Shown: positions 1-11,731, counted from the stretch's first letter. The stretch: DNA of 64,000 nucleotides from Alphaproteobacteria bacterium (GCA_965225945.1 CBDDBZ010000035.1:160001-224000); one strand, 5' to 3'. Numbers and translations: made by a program. Notes: generated by a model from the letters alone, not told the origin.

Positions 1-727
1 CGCGCACCATCATCGAGCCGATGGCGGCGGCGAAGGCGCTGCCCGAGCGGCCCGCGACGACGATGGCGGTCATCAGGATGCCGATCTCGCGCAAGACCGA
101 GATGGCGATCAGGTCGACGACGAAGATTTCCGCCCCGAAGCGCTGCAGCACCACCGCGCCCTGATAGGCCAGCACCACGCCGATCAGGAAGGAGAGCAGT
201 CCGACGATCGGCAGCGCGTCCAAGCCCACCTGCTCCACGTGATGGACCAGCGAGGTGAGCCGCAGGCGATGCGGCCTGACCAGGGTTCCGAGCAGCGTGG
301 TCATGACCTGGCCCAAGAAGCCCACCACCTGGCGCCCTTCCTCCAGCGCCTCGAGCGTGGCGACGCCGGTCCGCGCGAGGATCTGGAGCAACGCGTTCGG
401 GCGTGGCGGACCCGAGGCGCGCGGCCGGTCGTTGGCCGCCACCTGCTCCAGCATCACCCGGTGCTCCGGCCGGATGCCGGCGAACTCGGCGATGATGCCG
501 GCGGCGCCGTATTCCTTCACCGTGCGATGCAGCAGCCAGGCACCGGCGGTATCCAGCCGCTCGACGCCTGCGATGTCGAAGGTGACGTGACGGGCATCGG
601 GCGGCCGGGCGGCCTTGAGCCGGGTCTCCAGCGCGCCGGCATGGGTGATATCCCAAGCGCCACCCGCCTCGATCACCAGGCGGCCGACCTCGACGCGCTT
701 TTCCTCGAGCCAGAATGCCTCGGCCAC
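1..727 (-). CDS. MlaE-family ABC transporter permease with N-terminal STAS-like region; runs off the window
   Basis: Manual minus-strand translation gives ...EQVGLDALPIVGLLSFLIGVVLAYQG...LREIGILMTAIVVAGRSGSAFAAAIGSM; GTG start at 727 with GGGAG upstream. Confidence 0.85.
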   Translation of the reverse strand, partial: MAEAFWLEEKRVEVGRLVIEAGGAWDITHAGALETRLKAARPPDARHVTFDIAGVERLDTAGAWLLHRTVKEYGAAGIIAEFAGIRPEHRVMLEQVAANDRPRASGPPRPNALLQILARTGVATLEALEEGRQVVGFLGQVMTTLLGTLVRPHRLRLTSLVHHVEQVGLDALPIVGLLSFLIGVVLAYQGAVVLQRFGAEIFVVDLIAISVLREIGILMTAIVVAGRSGSAFAAAIGSMMVR

Positions 728-831
728 GACGCTCCCCCACTCCAGGGCAACCGATCGGCAAGGTCGCATGCCGCCGGGGCAGGTTCAAGCGAGGGGCGGG
801 GGAGCGGGGGGTCCGGTCGGGTCGGGCAAAG

Positions 832-2250
832 CTAGACGTCGAGCGACCTGGCCGTCTCGCGGATCACCTCCCAGGCACGGCACAGGTGGTCGCGGTCCGT
901 CGTGGTCTGGCCGATCGAGACGCGGATCACGTAGTCGCCCCCCAAGATCGTCTGGGTCAGATAGACCCGACCGTCGTCGTTGAGCCGCTCGAGGAGGCGG
1001 CGATTGAGGCGATCGAGCGCGCCCACCGCGACGCCGGGCGGGCGGTAGCGAAAGCAGAAGAGGGCGAGACGCGCCGGCGTCATCAGCTCGAAGTCGGGTT
1101 CCGCCTCGATCCAATCGGCGGCCTCGCGGGCGAGCGCGATGTGGCGGCGGACGATCGTCCGCAGGCCTTCGACCCCGTAGCTCTGGATCACGAACCAGAG
1201 CTTGAGCGCGCGAAAGCGACGGCCGAGCGGCACGCTCCAGTCCCGATAATCGATCACCTGGCCGTGCCGGTAGCCCCTGAGGAACTCCGGCAGGATCGTC
1301 AGGGTCCGGATCAAGCTCGCGGGGTCGCGGACGAAATGGGCCGAGCAATCGAAGTTGGTCAACAGCCATTTGTGGGGATTGAAGACGAAGCTGTCCGCGG
1401 CTTCGATGCCGTCGATCATCCAGCGGGTTTCCGGCAAGATGAGCGCGCTGCCGGCCCAAGCCGCGTCGACGTGGAGATAGAGGTCGTGGGCACGGCAGAT
1501 CTCGCCGATCGGGCGAAGCGGGTCGAAGCCGGAAGCGCCGGTGGTGCCCAGCGTGGCGATCACGGCGATCGGCCGCTTGCCGGCGGCGAGGTCGGCCACA
1601 ATCGCGCGCCGGAGCGCGTCGGGGCGGAGCGCGGCGGCTTCGTCGACCGGGATCTTGCGCAGATTGGCAGCGCCGATACCGGCGATCCGCGCCGCCTTCT
1701 CGATCGAGGAGTGGGTCTCCTCCGAGCTGTAGAGCGTGAGTGCCGGGCCGCCGGCCAGGCCTTCCGCGTTGCCGCGCCAATCGAGCGCGCGCTCGCGGGC
1801 GGTGAGGATGGCGCACAGCGTGGCGGTGGAGGCGGAATCCTGGATCACGCCGACCAACCCCTCCGGCAGGCCCAGCATTCCGAGCAGCCAGTCGAGCACC
1901 CGGGTTTCCATCTCCGTCGCCGCGGGCGAGGTCTCCCACATCATGCATTGCGCGCCGAGCGTCGCCGTCAGCATCTCCGCCAGCACCGAGGGCGGGCTGG
2001 AGTTGGCCGGGAAATAGGCGAGGAAGTTCGGATGCTGCCAGTGGGTGATCCCGGGCAGCACGTCGGCTTGAAAGTCCTCGAAGATACGCGCCATCGGCTC
2101 GCCCGTCTCGGGCGGCGTGGCCGGCAATTTGGCGGCGATCTCGCCGGGTTCGACGGTTGAGCGAACCGGATAGCGCTCGACGTCGGCCAGATAGTCGGCC
2201 ATCCAATCGACCATGGCGTGGGCGTGGCGGCGAAACTCGTCGGGTTCCAT
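832..2250 (-). CDS. PLP-dependent group II decarboxylase, aromatic L-amino acid decarboxylase-like
   Basis: PGITHWQHPNFLAYFP, LHVDAAWAG, FNPHKW (PLP lysine) and LGRRFRALKLWF motifs. Confidence 0.92.
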   Translation of the reverse strand: MEPDEFRRHAHAMVDWMADYLADVERYPVRSTVEPGEIAAKLPATPPETGEPMARIFEDFQADVLPGITHWQHPNFLAYFPANSSPPSVLAEMLTATLGAQCMMWETSPAATEMETRVLDWLLGMLGLPEGLVGVIQDSASTATLCAILTARERALDWRGNAEGLAGGPALTLYSSEETHSSIEKAARIAGIGAANLRKIPVDEAAALRPDALRRAIVADLAAGKRPIAVIATLGTTGASGFDPLRPIGEICRAHDLYLHVDAAWAGSALILPETRWMIDGIEAADSFVFNPHKWLLTNFDCSAHFVRDPASLIRTLTILPEFLRGYRHGQVIDYRDWSVPLGRRFRALKLWFVIQSYGVEGLRTIVRRHIALAREAADWIEAEPDFELMTPARLALFCFRYRPPGVAVGALDRLNRRLLERLNDDGRVYLTQTILGGDYVIRVSIGQTTTDRDHLCRAWEVIRETARSLDV

Positions 2251-2405
2251 GTCCGGGTTACCTCCTCGCGTTCCGTTTCCGGGATGGGCCGGCGCGCGAT
2301 CTTGCCCATAGCATGATCACCCACGCGGAATCGCCTGGCCACTCGCGACGATGGCGGGATCGGCCCGTTCCACGGCGGCGATGATCGGCGCCGCGCGACG
2401 TTTTC

Positions 2406-2995
2406 TCACCTCAGATGGCAGGAGACCTCGTGGCCGGGGGTGATCTCGCGCAACACCGGCACCTCGACCCGGCAGCGTTCCTCGGCATAGGGGCAGCGGG
2501 TGTGGAAGTGGCAGCCGGACGGCGGGTTGATCGGGCTCGGCACGTCGCCCTCGAGCACCAGCTTGTTGCGCCGGAGCCGGGGATCGGGGATCGGCACCGC
2601 CGACAGTAGCGCCTCGGTATAGGGATGGAGGGGATTGGTGAAGAGCGTCTTCTTGTCGGTGTATTCGACAATTCTGCCGAGGTACATCACCGCGATCCGG
2701 TGGCTGATGTGCTCGACCACCGCCAGGTCGTGGGCGATGAAGAGGTAGGAAAGCTCGAATTCCCCTTGCAGGTCCATCAGCAGGTTGATCACCTGGGCCT
2801 GGATCGAGACGTCGAGCGCCGAGACCGGCTCGTCGCCGATGATCACCTTCGGGTTCAGCGCGAGCGCCCGGGCGATGCCGATCCGCTGGCGCTGACCGCC
2901 GGAGAATTCGTGCGGGAAGCTCTCCATCTGCGCGCGCCGGAGGCCCACCCGCTCGAACAGCTCGGCGACCTGTCGCTTGCGCTCGGCGCGGTCGC
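2406..2995 (-). pseudogene. 5'-truncated oligopeptide ABC ATPase (OppF/DppF-like C-terminal half)
   Basis: Has FSGGQRQR signature, DEPVSALD and [12 protein letters not shown] tail; no Walker A, and the frame closes at 3054. Confidence 0.8.
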
Positions 2996-3053
2996 CTACA
3001 GGGCGGCTTCGCTCTCGCCGGCTTTGAGCGGAAGCGATCCTCGAGGGGCCGCC

Positions 3054-4782
3054 TCAGGCTTCGCTGCAAATCACGTTCAACAAGGCCTGGCGCCGTTCCT
3101 GGGTGACGGCATGGACGGCGCGGGCGAGTGCCGCGGGCAGCGCGTCGGGATCGCTCACCCGCTCGCCATGACCGCCGCAGGTGGCGACGACCTGCTCATA
3201 ATCCGGCGCCGGATCGAGCCGGCTCAAGGGAATATCGTTGCTCTGGACCGCTCGGCCCTCGGGATACATCGCCCGGGTGGCGCGGCGCACCGCGGCCCAG
3301 CCGGCGTTGTTGGCGATGATGAAGAGGACCGGCAGGTCGTAGGCCCGGGAACAGTAGTGCGCCGCCAGCGGGTTGCCGAAGAAGTAGGAGCCGTCGCCGA
3401 TCGCGGCGACCACCAGCTTTTCCGGCGCCGCCAGCTTGGCGCCCAAGGCCGCGCCCAAGCCCCAGCCGAGGCCGCCCGACGGCGGGGCACCGAAATAGCC
3501 GCCCGGCCGCGTTAGGCGAGCATGTTGCGGTGCGATGCCCATCTCGTTGATCAGGATCGCGTCACCCGCCACCACCTCGCCGACGCAGGCCGAAAGCCAG
3601 GCGGGCTGGATCGGACGGGCGCCGCGCGCGCGCGCTTCGGCCGCCCGCCAGCGCTCGCGGACCTCGCCTCGAGCGGCGGCGACCGTGGCGCGACGGGCCG
3701 CGACGCGGTTTGCGTCGGCGCCGGCCATCGCCTCGGCGAGCGCGGCCAAGGCGGCCGCGGGATCGGCCGCGATGGACAGTTCGGAGGGATAGCCGCGCAC
3801 CGGATAGCGGGTGTAGAGCGGATCCTCGGCCAGGTGGATCACCGCCGTGTCCGCCCGCACCGGATCGGTCGCGGGAATCCACGGCACGTCGCAATCCAGC
3901 ACCAAGATCACGTCGGCGCCCCCGACATGGGGCGAGGGTTCATAGTCCAGATGCATCGGATGGTCGTCGGCCAGGCAAAGATAGCGCGGGACGTGCGTCA
4001 CCACCCCGATCGCCTGGGCATTTGCGAGGTCGCCCAATTGCCTCGCCGCGTCGGGCGAGCGGCCGACGTCGGAGGTGACGATCAGCGGGTTCTCGGCGCC
4101 GGCCAGAAGCTCGGCGGCGCGCCCAACCTGTTGCGGGTCGGGGTGGCGAACGCCACTCGGCGCGGCCCTCGGCGGCGCCGTCGAGGGCGCCGCCGGCGCC
4201 GCCAGCACCTCGCGCGGTATGGTCAGATAGACCGGCCCCTCGGGTGCCGAGCGGGCGAGGCTGATCGCCCGGTCGACGACCACCTCGGCCTCCTCGGCCA
4301 CGCGCAGTTCGTAGTCCCATTTGACCAGCTCGCGCAGCATGCCGGCCTGGTCGAACATCTCCTGCGCCTAGTGGATGTGGCGGCTGCGCGTGCCCTGGGC
4401 CACGCCGCCGTGTTCGGTCAGCGGCGTGCGCCCGGCGAGCAGCAGCAGGGGAATGTTCATGCGATAGGCGTTGATCAGCCCGCAAATCGCGTTCGCGGTG
4501 CCGACATTGACGTGTAGCATCACCGCCAGCGGTTCGCCCGTCACCATCGCATAGCCGTGGGCCATGGCGACGGCGACGTTTTCGTGCGGCACGAGGAGCG
4601 GGCGTGGCGCGCCGCCCCCGCGCATCTCCGCCTCCGCCAGCGCTTCGATGATCGGCGGAAAATCGGTACCCGCGTTGGCCAGGAAATATTCCACGCCGGC
4701 CCGCCCGAGCCGCGCCAACACGACGTGGCCGACCGTCGTCTCCGCTACACGCGAGCAAGCGGCCGGACGTCGCCTCGCTCAT
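3054..4782 (-). pseudogene. Thiamine pyrophosphate-dependent enzyme (acetolactate synthase-like), disrupted
   Basis: PHENVAVAMAHGY and GDGSYFFGNP motifs; in-frame TAG at 4368-4370 where Trp is expected (HIH*AQEMFDQ); the SD-preceded ATG at 4782 is out of frame by 1 nt. Confidence 0.85.
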
Positions 4783-4805
4783 CCCTCGCTTCTCCCTCGC
4801 ATCGT

Positions 4806-5735
4806 CTAGATCCGAGCCACGAGCGGCCGTAGCGCCGCTATGTGTTCGGGGGAGAGGCCGCAACAGCCCCCCACGATCCGCACGCCGCTCTCGACCCATT
4901 GCGTCGCGAACCGCAACAATTCGTCCGGCGAGATCACGTCCTCGAAGTGCCAATTCGGCGTCTTGAAATGACCCGAGTCGGGATAGGCCATGAGCGGTCC
5001 CTGGAAGGCGCGGCCGAGAATGGCGAGGGCGTCGCCGGTGAGGTTCGCGGAGGTGTGCATGACACCGGCCGCCGCGACCTCGAAATCCTCGAGTATGCGA
5101 ACCACCTCTTCGAAGGCCAGGTCCCTGTCCCGCCTGAAGCTCAGCACCCGGCCGTCGTCGCCGCACCGGGCCGAGAAGCCGGCCCATACCGGCAGGCCCG
5201 TCGCCGTCGCGGCCTCGAAGGCGGGGCAGAGGGCTTCGGGGTCGTACATCATTTCCAGCAGAATCAGATCACAGCCCCCCTCGCGCAGCAGCCGGGCGAG
5301 TTCCCCGAAGGCCTCCCTCATCTCGGCTTGCGCCGGCACCCGGGTGAAGTCCAGCCTCGAGGTCTCCTTGTCGTCGGGCCACCTGTGCGATAGCGAGCCG
5401 GCGACCAGCACGTCGTCGCGCCCGCTGGCCTCTCGCGCCCGCAGCGCCGCGTCGATCGTGGTCCGGTTGATCTCCTCCAACCGCTCGCCGTAACCGGCCG
5501 GGCCGAGCACCAGCCGCGAGGTGGCATAGGTGTTCGTGGTGACGATGTCGGCGCCCGCGCGGATGTAATCGAGATGAATCCCCTCCAGCACCGAGGCGTT
5601 CTCGAGACTGGCCAGGCCGCACCAGACCTCCGCGTCCATCGCCACGCCCCGGCACTCGAGCTCGGTCCCGGTCCCGCCGTCGAGAACGACGATCCCGCCC
5701 GCCCGCAAGCGGCGCTCGATGTCGGCGTAACGCAT
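4806..5735 (-). CDS. Homocysteine S-methyltransferase family protein
   Basis: LDGGTGTELE, YIRAGADIVTTNTY and C-terminal GGCCG motifs. Confidence 0.9.
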   Translation of the reverse strand: MRYADIERRLRAGGIVVLDGGTGTELECRGVAMDAEVWCGLASLENASVLEGIHLDYIRAGADIVTTNTYATSRLVLGPAGYGERLEEINRTTIDAALRAREASGRDDVLVAGSLSHRWPDDKETSRLDFTRVPAQAEMREAFGELARLLREGGCDLILLEMMYDPEALCPAFEAATATGLPVWAGFSARCGDDGRVLSFRRDRDLAFEEVVRILEDFEVAAAGVMHTSANLTGDALAILGRAFQGPLMAYPDSGHFKTPNWHFEDVISPDELLRFATQWVESGVRIVGGCCGLSPEHIAALRPLVARI

Positions 5736-5781
5736 GGCTCGGACTCCTCATTGGAACGCGCGGGCCGACGCGCTCGGATAC

Positions 5782-5851
5782 GAGGTCAGGATAAAGGGAC
5801 ACAATACTTAACCTCATGAGGTTAAGTATTGTGTCCCTTTATCCTGACCTC
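5782..5851. repeat. Perfect 70-bp AT-rich palindrome (REP/REPIN-like)
   Basis: gaggtcaggataaagggacacaatacttaacctca|tgaggttaagtattgtgtccctttatcctgacctc, centre 5816/5817. Confidence 0.9.
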
Positions 5852-6608
5852 ACCCCCTGCCGACGAACGGCATCTTGCTCGCCATCACGGTCAGGAACAA
5901 AACGTTGGCGTCGAGCGGCAGGCTCGCCATGTAGACCACCGCGCGGGAGACGTTGTCGAGACCCATCACCGGCTCCGCCTCGACCCTGCCATCGGCTTGC
6001 GGCACGCCGCCGGCCATCCGCCGGGTCATCGGCGTCTCCGCGTTGCCGATGTCGATCTGGCCGCAGGCGATATCGTATTTGCGCCCGTCGAGCGAGGTCG
6101 ACTTGGTGAGCCCGGTGATGGCGTGCTTGGTCGCGGTGTAGGGGGCCGAGCCGGGCCGGGGCGTATGCGCCGAGATCGAGCCGTTGTTGATGATCCGCCC
6201 GCCCCGGGGCTCCTGCTCGCGCATGATCAGGAAGGCCTCGCGGGTGCAGAGGAAGGTGCCCGTCAGGTTGATGTCGACCACGCGCCGCCACTGCTCGGGC
6301 GTGAGTTCCTCGAGCGAGGTCGACGGCACGCCGCCGCCGGCGTTGTTGAACAGCAGGTCCAGCCGGCCGTGCGCCGCCTTGGTCCTGGCGAAGAGGTCGG
6401 CGACGGCGGCCTCGTCGGCGACATCGGCCGGCACCGCCAGCATCCGCGCGCCAATCTCACCCGCCATCGATATCGTTTCAGCCAACGGATCTTCCCGCCG
6501 GCCGGCGATCACGACGCCATAGCCTTCCGCCGCCAAGGCCAGCGCGGCGCCCCGGCCGATACCGCTGCCGGCGCCCGTCACCACCGCAATTCTGCCCTCG
6601 CCACTCAT
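5850..6608 (-). CDS. SDR family oxidoreductase
   Basis: [12 protein letters not shown] and YTATK motifs. Confidence 0.92.
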   Translation of the reverse strand: MSGEGRIAVVTGAGSGIGRGAALALAAEGYGVVIAGRREDPLAETISMAGEIGARMLAVPADVADEAAVADLFARTKAAHGRLDLLFNNAGGGVPSTSLEELTPEQWRRVVDINLTGTFLCTREAFLIMREQEPRGGRIINNGSISAHTPRPGSAPYTATKHAITGLTKSTSLDGRKYDIACGQIDIGNAETPMTRRMAGGVPQADGRVEAEPVMGLDNVSRAVVYMASLPLDANVLFLTVMASKMPFVGRG

Positions 6609-6681
6609 GTCTCGCGTCCTCCTCGATTGCGCCCGCCATCCTGGCACAAGCCCGGGGGCGAGCGCGAGCGGGCGCGTGGCC

Positions 6682-7962
6682 TCACACGATCGCGTGCGGT
6701 ACCAGCTCGCTGCCGTCGGAAAAGCGCGAAAACCGGAAGGCGTGGAGGTCGAGCGAGGGCGCCGGGTCCAGGATCAGCTCGCTCACCAGGCGGCCGACGA
6801 TCGGTCCCATGCCGAAGCCGTGGCCGCTGAAGCCGGTGGCCAGCACCAGCCCGTCGGGCGCGCGCAAGCGGTCGATGGCGGGCAGCATGTCCGGCGTCAT
6901 GTCGATGCAGCCGGCCCAGGTGAAGTCGATCTCCACGTCGCGGGCGGCCGGCGCGATCGTGCGCAGCTGGTCGAGCACGCGGGCAAGCGTCGCGTGGTTC
7001 GGCTCGGGATCGAAGGTACGGTGGCGGGTCAATTCCCGCGCCAGGGCACGCTTCGAGAAACGGCTCCAGAAGGTGTCGAAAAACAGCCGGTTCAGATGCA
7101 GGGAGATCGCGCCCCGATTGGCCCGGAACTCCCGCCAGTAACGGGAGAACAGCAGCAGGCTGTCGATCGTCAGGTCGTGATCGGCCGAGCGGGTGGCGAC
7201 GTTCATCGTGCCGTCGCCGCGCTGGCGGTAGCCGACGCCGGTCCACACGGCGGGGTGGTTCAGCAGTGGCGCCGGCGTCGTCCGCGCGACCGAGCCCCGG
7301 ATCCAGACCTGCGGCAGCTTCAGGCCGAGGCCGCGCAACAGTCGGCTGGACCAGATCCCGGCGGCGCAGACCACGGCGGGCGCGCGGAACACCCCCTGCT
7401 CGCTGGCGACGCCGGAGACCGCGCCGCCCTCGGTCAGAATTTCGAAGCCGGCGCATCGGGTGCGAAATTCGACGCCCCGGCCCTCGGCGGCACGGCGAAA
7501 AGCGGCGGTGACCTTGCGCGGCTCGGCCTGGCCGTCGCTCTCGGTGAAGACCGCGCCCAGGCACTCGAAGCCGTTGCCCGGCACCACTTCGTCGATCTCG
7601 GCGCGCTCCAACAGTCGCGAGTCGAGGCCGAAGCCGCGCGCCGTCTCGAGCCATTTTTCCCAACCCCGCCGCTCCCGCTCGTCGGCGAAGGTGATCAGGT
7701 TGCCGCCCTGGAACCATTCGAGATCGGCGTTGAGCTCCCGCTCCAGGCCCCGCCAGATCTCGTTCGATTGCATCATCAGCGGAATTTCCGCCGGATCGCG
7801 GCCCTGCTGGCGGACGAAGCCCCAGTTGCGGCTCGACTGTTCGCCCGCGACCTCGCCCTTCTCCAGCACCAGCACGCGGGCACCGCGCTTGGCGAGGTAG
7901 TAGGCGCTGGTGGTGCCGGCGATGCCGGCACCGACGACGACGACATCGTACCCCTCGGACAT
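6682..7962 (-). CDS. FAD-dependent oxidoreductase (DAO family)
   Basis: [15 protein letters not shown] and [11 protein letters not shown] motifs. Confidence 0.9.
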   Translation of the reverse strand: MSEGYDVVVVGAGIAGTTSAYYLAKRGARVLVLEKGEVAGEQSSRNWGFVRQQGRDPAEIPLMMQSNEIWRGLERELNADLEWFQGGNLITFADERERRGWEKWLETARGFGLDSRLLERAEIDEVVPGNGFECLGAVFTESDGQAEPRKVTAAFRRAAEGRGVEFRTRCAGFEILTEGGAVSGVASEQGVFRAPAVVCAAGIWSSRLLRGLGLKLPQVWIRGSVARTTPAPLLNHPAVWTGVGYRQRGDGTMNVATRSADHDLTIDSLLLFSRYWREFRANRGAISLHLNRLFFDTFWSRFSKRALARELTRHRTFDPEPNHATLARVLDQLRTIAPAARDVEIDFTWAGCIDMTPDMLPAIDRLRAPDGLVLATGFSGHGFGMGPIVGRLVSELILDPAPSLDLHAFRFSRFSDGSELVPHAIV

Positions 7963-7977
7963 GGCTCGGGCCGCCGG

Positions 7978-8763
7978 CTAAAGCTTGTAGCTCTGGTCCC
8001 GGGCGTCGAGCCGGCGCCGCAGCGCGGCGAAGACGTCGGCGTGGACCTTGACGCTCGCGTTGTCGTCGTCGGACTGCGCCTCGGTCGAATAACGGGCCGC
8101 CGCCTCCGGCACCGCCAGCACGCCGCCCGAGGTGGCCAGCGCGGCCGAGGCGGCGGCGACCTGCACGTCGCAGGCCCGCTGCAGGGTCCAGAGATTGAGG
8201 AAGGCCTCCGGGATGCTCGCCCCGCAGGCGAGCAAGCCGTGGTTCCGCAGGATCATCAGGTTCTTGTCGCCCAGGCTCGCCACCAGGCGCGGGCACTCGT
8301 CGTCGCGCGTCGTCACCCCCTCGAAGGCGTGATAGGCGAGCTTGTCGTGGAGGAAGGCGGAATAGAAGTTGGTCTGCGTCAGCCCGGCCTCGAGGCAGGC
8401 GACGGCGATCCCGGTCGTGGTGTGGGTGTGCATGATGCAATTGACGTTCGGGCGGGCCCGATGCACGGCGCCATGGATGATGGTGCCCGCCTTGTTCACC
8501 GGCCAGTCGCTGGCGCCGAGGATGTTGCCGTCGAGATCGATCTTCACCAGGTTGGACGCCGTCACCTCCGCGTAGAAGAGGCCATAGGGGTTGATCAGGA
8601 AATGCTCCTCCGGCCCCGGTACCTTGGCGGTGATATGATTGAAGATGAGCTCGGTCCAGCCGAGCATGTCGAAGATGCGGTAGCAGGCGGCGAGTTCCTC
8701 GCGCACTTCCGCCTCGTTCCGCCCGGCCTCGTTCCCCGCGTCGAAATCCACCAGCGCGCTCAT
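7978..8763 (-). CDS. Class II aldolase/adducin family protein
   Basis: FNHIT, IHGAVH, MHTHT and LRNHG metal-binding motifs. Confidence 0.9.
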   Translation of the reverse strand: MSALVDFDAGNEAGRNEAEVREELAACYRIFDMLGWTELIFNHITAKVPGPEEHFLINPYGLFYAEVTASNLVKIDLDGNILGASDWPVNKAGTIIHGAVHRARPNVNCIMHTHTTTGIAVACLEAGLTQTNFYSAFLHDKLAYHAFEGVTTRDDECPRLVASLGDKNLMILRNHGLLACGASIPEAFLNLWTLQRACDVQVAAASAALATSGGVLAVPEAAARYSTEAQSDDDNASVKVHADVFAALRRRLDARDQSYKL

Positions 8764-8927
8764 CTCGCTCGTCTCCCGCCGTCGCCGCTACCATCCTCGC
8801 CGCTACTATCGTCCGCGCCACGGCCGGCGGCAAGCTCCACCGGTGTCGCCATTTGGGCCGTGGCCGGCGGCCTGGGCTTCCGATATAGTCCGCCACGCGT
8901 GGGGCGATCATCGAAGGAGAGCGGCTC

Positions 8928-11731
8928 ATGAGCAGGGGTCGTGTGTTCGCCGTCGTCTTGGCGGCCATGATCGGCGCGCCGGTCGGCGTATCGGCGCAGA
9001 TCGATTTCAACAAGATGTGGGACGATATCAAGAAGGCCGGTGAACGGGTCGAGGAGGAGGAGGGCGGCGGCACGTCGTCGAGCCCGCCACCACCCGTGCC
9101 AGCCCCCACCCCCGCGCCGACCCAGCAGAGCGAAAGCACGACGGGAACCGCCGGCCAGGAGAGCGAAAGCCCGACGGGAACCGCTGGCCAGGGCACCGAG
9201 GGAGGCGAGGTCGCGCGCTATGATCGCCCCTGGGTTCGCGAGATACAGGGCTTGCTGAAGCGGAAGGGTCATCTCGCGGGCGCCGTCGACGGCATTTATG
9301 GCCCCGGCACGCAACGCTCGATCCGAAGCTACCAGCGAAGCGTCGAGCTGGAGGTGACGGGACTGCCGACCCCCTCGGTCATGCGCAGTTTGCGGCGGAC
9401 CGCGACCGCGCGCTCGAGCAGCGCCGGCGAGACCACGCGCACGAGTGGCGGCGAGACGGCGAGTGGGAGCGAGGCGCGGGAGGAAGAGGAAACCAGGGCG
9501 CCGGCCGCGACCGAGAGCCGCGCGGCGAGGGAACCCAGCACCACGACGGCCGAATCGACGCGGACTGCGACACGGCCCGCCGCGAGTGGCGGCGGCCGAG
9601 TCGATCTCGAAGCCGAGGCGCGGGAACGGCTGAACCGCCTCGGCTACGACGCCGGTCCGGGCGAGCGCATGGCGCAGGCGGTCCGTGCCTTCCAGAGCGA
9701 CGAGGATCTGCCCGTCGACGGCCGCATAACGCCGGCGCTGGTGGCGGCGTTGCGCGAGGCCGAGGGCGAGGATCCGAACGCCGCCCCGCCGCCGGCGGAG
9801 CCGGCGCCGACATCCGAGCCCAGGCCCGCCCCGAGCTCGGAATTGGGCCCGGCGCCGGCGCCGGCGGCACCGGCCGTGTCCGCGACGACGACGGTGGCGC
9901 CCAAGCCCGCGCCGAGCACGCGCGTCGCCACGCCCCCCACGCGGGTCGAGCCGACGACGGAGCGCCGCCGGCGCCAACGCCTCGGCGTGCCGAGCTTCGA
10001 TGCGCTCTATCGTCTGAAACTCGCAAACGGGGGCTATGTGGCCGCCGACGAGACGGCTTCCGCCCTCTTCCACTACGTCTATTTCACCCGCAAGCTGAAC
10101 GTCCACTACGTCTATTTCACCCGCAAGCTGAACGACCGGAGATCGCGCACCGGCGATGCCTGCCGTCGCGTCCGGGCGCAATACCGGAGCAATGCCATGC
10201 GCCGGGAGCTGCTTGCCACGGCCCGACGGGTCTATGGCGAGGACTTGAGGGTAGCCCAAGGCGGGCCCGCGTCGGCCCGCTTCCGCCTGGTCTTCGACGT
10301 CGGATTCGGCCGCTTTGATTTCGCCGCCGGACGCTTCCCCTTCGATAACGGGTTACCCCGGCGCTATGTCATGGCCCGCGACGGCAACGGTTGCGGCCGC
10401 TTCCGGATCGGCATTCCCGGCGCGCCCGAGCGCGCCCATGTGGAGATTGGCGCCCGGGCGGCGATCGTCGATCTGCCGATGACGGAGGGCGAGGCCAAGG
10501 CCTTGATCCGCGAACTGAAGAAGGGGAACCGGCCGCGCAAGCTGAAGCTCGAGGTCGTGATCGAAGCAACCCCGATCGCCGCCCGCGCGCCCGGATTCGA
10601 CTTCGGCGCGCGCATCGTTCGGGCCCGCGCCTATCACCCGATCACCAACGCGCTGCTGCACGAATACGACCTGACGGCGCCGGAGCAACCGGCCGTGGTG
10701 GCGAGCGGCGGCGCGCCGGCGGCGGGACGGACCGAGCGCATCCTGACGGAAATCCGCGCGCGACGGGAACGCTGCACGGCATTGACCGACGAGCGCGAAA
10801 AGGTCGACTGCGCCGAGCGGCTTTGCGACTACCTGGCCGAACAGAAGGGCATGGGGAAGACGGCGCGGGGGTGCCGGCAAAAGGTCCAGGAGGCCAAACG
10901 CTCTCTCGGCCGGCGCGAGCAGAAGAGCACGCGCAAGGAGCGTCGATGTCGCGATCGTTTCGCCGAGCGCGCCGGCAGGCCCTGGATCCCGGCCGAATCC
11001 TCTCGCTCGTTCCGCGCCGCCGTCGAGGCTTGTGCCCAGAGCCAGCCCCGCCGGGCCGGTGGGCCGGATATCGTCGGGCTTCGCCTCGGCATGGGGATGG
11101 GCGAGGCACGGCGGATTTTGCAGGATCGAACCGCAAGCAGACGTGTCGCGACGCTCGCCGACGCCCGGCCATTCGATACCGGCGAACTCGGCTGGCGGCG
11201 CGACGGCAGCCGTGGAATCGCCTTGTTCCGGATCACCACCTCAGCCGGCGACCGGCTCGCCGGGGTGAGCCGCCGGCTCTACTTCGGGCGAGATCGTCCC
11301 GATCGCGAGGACATCGAGGACGGCTTGAGGGAAAATACGGCGAGGCGAGCTGGTCCGACGGCAAGGGCACGATCGTCTGGCATGCGGCGGGCCGCGATGG
11401 CGATCCCGACCTCTGTGGCGAGCTCGCGGGTAGTCTCCAGGCGCGCGGCGGCTGGTCGGCGACCTGGCCGGCGGACACCCGCCCAGGCCCCGACCGGCCG
11501 AGGCTACCGCTGATGATCGGCCCGGGCGGCGATCCGGAAACCTATCGACGCTACGCGGCCTGTGGTCCCGTCGTCGTCTCGGTGCTGACGCTCGACCGCC
11601 GCGACCGGGTCGCCGATGCGGCCTTCGTCCTCTTCGATCCGGCCTGGATCGCCGAGCAGCCGGCCTTCGTCTTCGCCGATGGGGGATCGAGCGCGAGTGG
11701 CGGCCGGAAGAAGCGGAAGATCGACTTCTGA
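8928..11731 (+). CDS. Large secreted protein with two PG_binding_1-like domains and Pro/Thr-rich linkers; frameshift near 11332
   Basis: Signal peptide; VDGIYGPGTQRSIRSYQ and AVRAFQSDEDLPVDG repeats; plausible protein continues in the -1 frame at gaaaatac (KYGEASW...KIDF*). Confidence 0.7.
10069..10134 (+). repeat. Perfect 33-bp in-frame tandem duplication
   Basis: tccactacgtctatttcacccgcaagctgaacg x2 (HYVYFTRKLN twice); an imperfect 33-bp pair also lies at 9127-9192. Confidence 0.95.

Noticed and set aside
4368-4370. TAG as pyrrolysine or recoded stop
   Set aside because: A single TGG>TAG change at an expected Trp explains it; the gene has a second lesion and other genes end normally at TAG
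6605-9196. Very long alternative-frame and antisense ORFs (also 32796-34973, 36024-38102, 38229-40115)
   Set aside because: Arg/Gly/Pro-rich shadows of real high-GC genes with no recognisable motifs
10069-10134. Diversity-generating retroelement TR/VR pair
   Set aside because: The copies are adjacent and identical, with no adenine-specific differences and no reverse transcriptase
11328-11337. Programmed -1 frameshift at GGGAAAA
   Set aside because: The heptamer is not in X XXY YYZ phase with the reading frame; a homopolymer deletion is simpler
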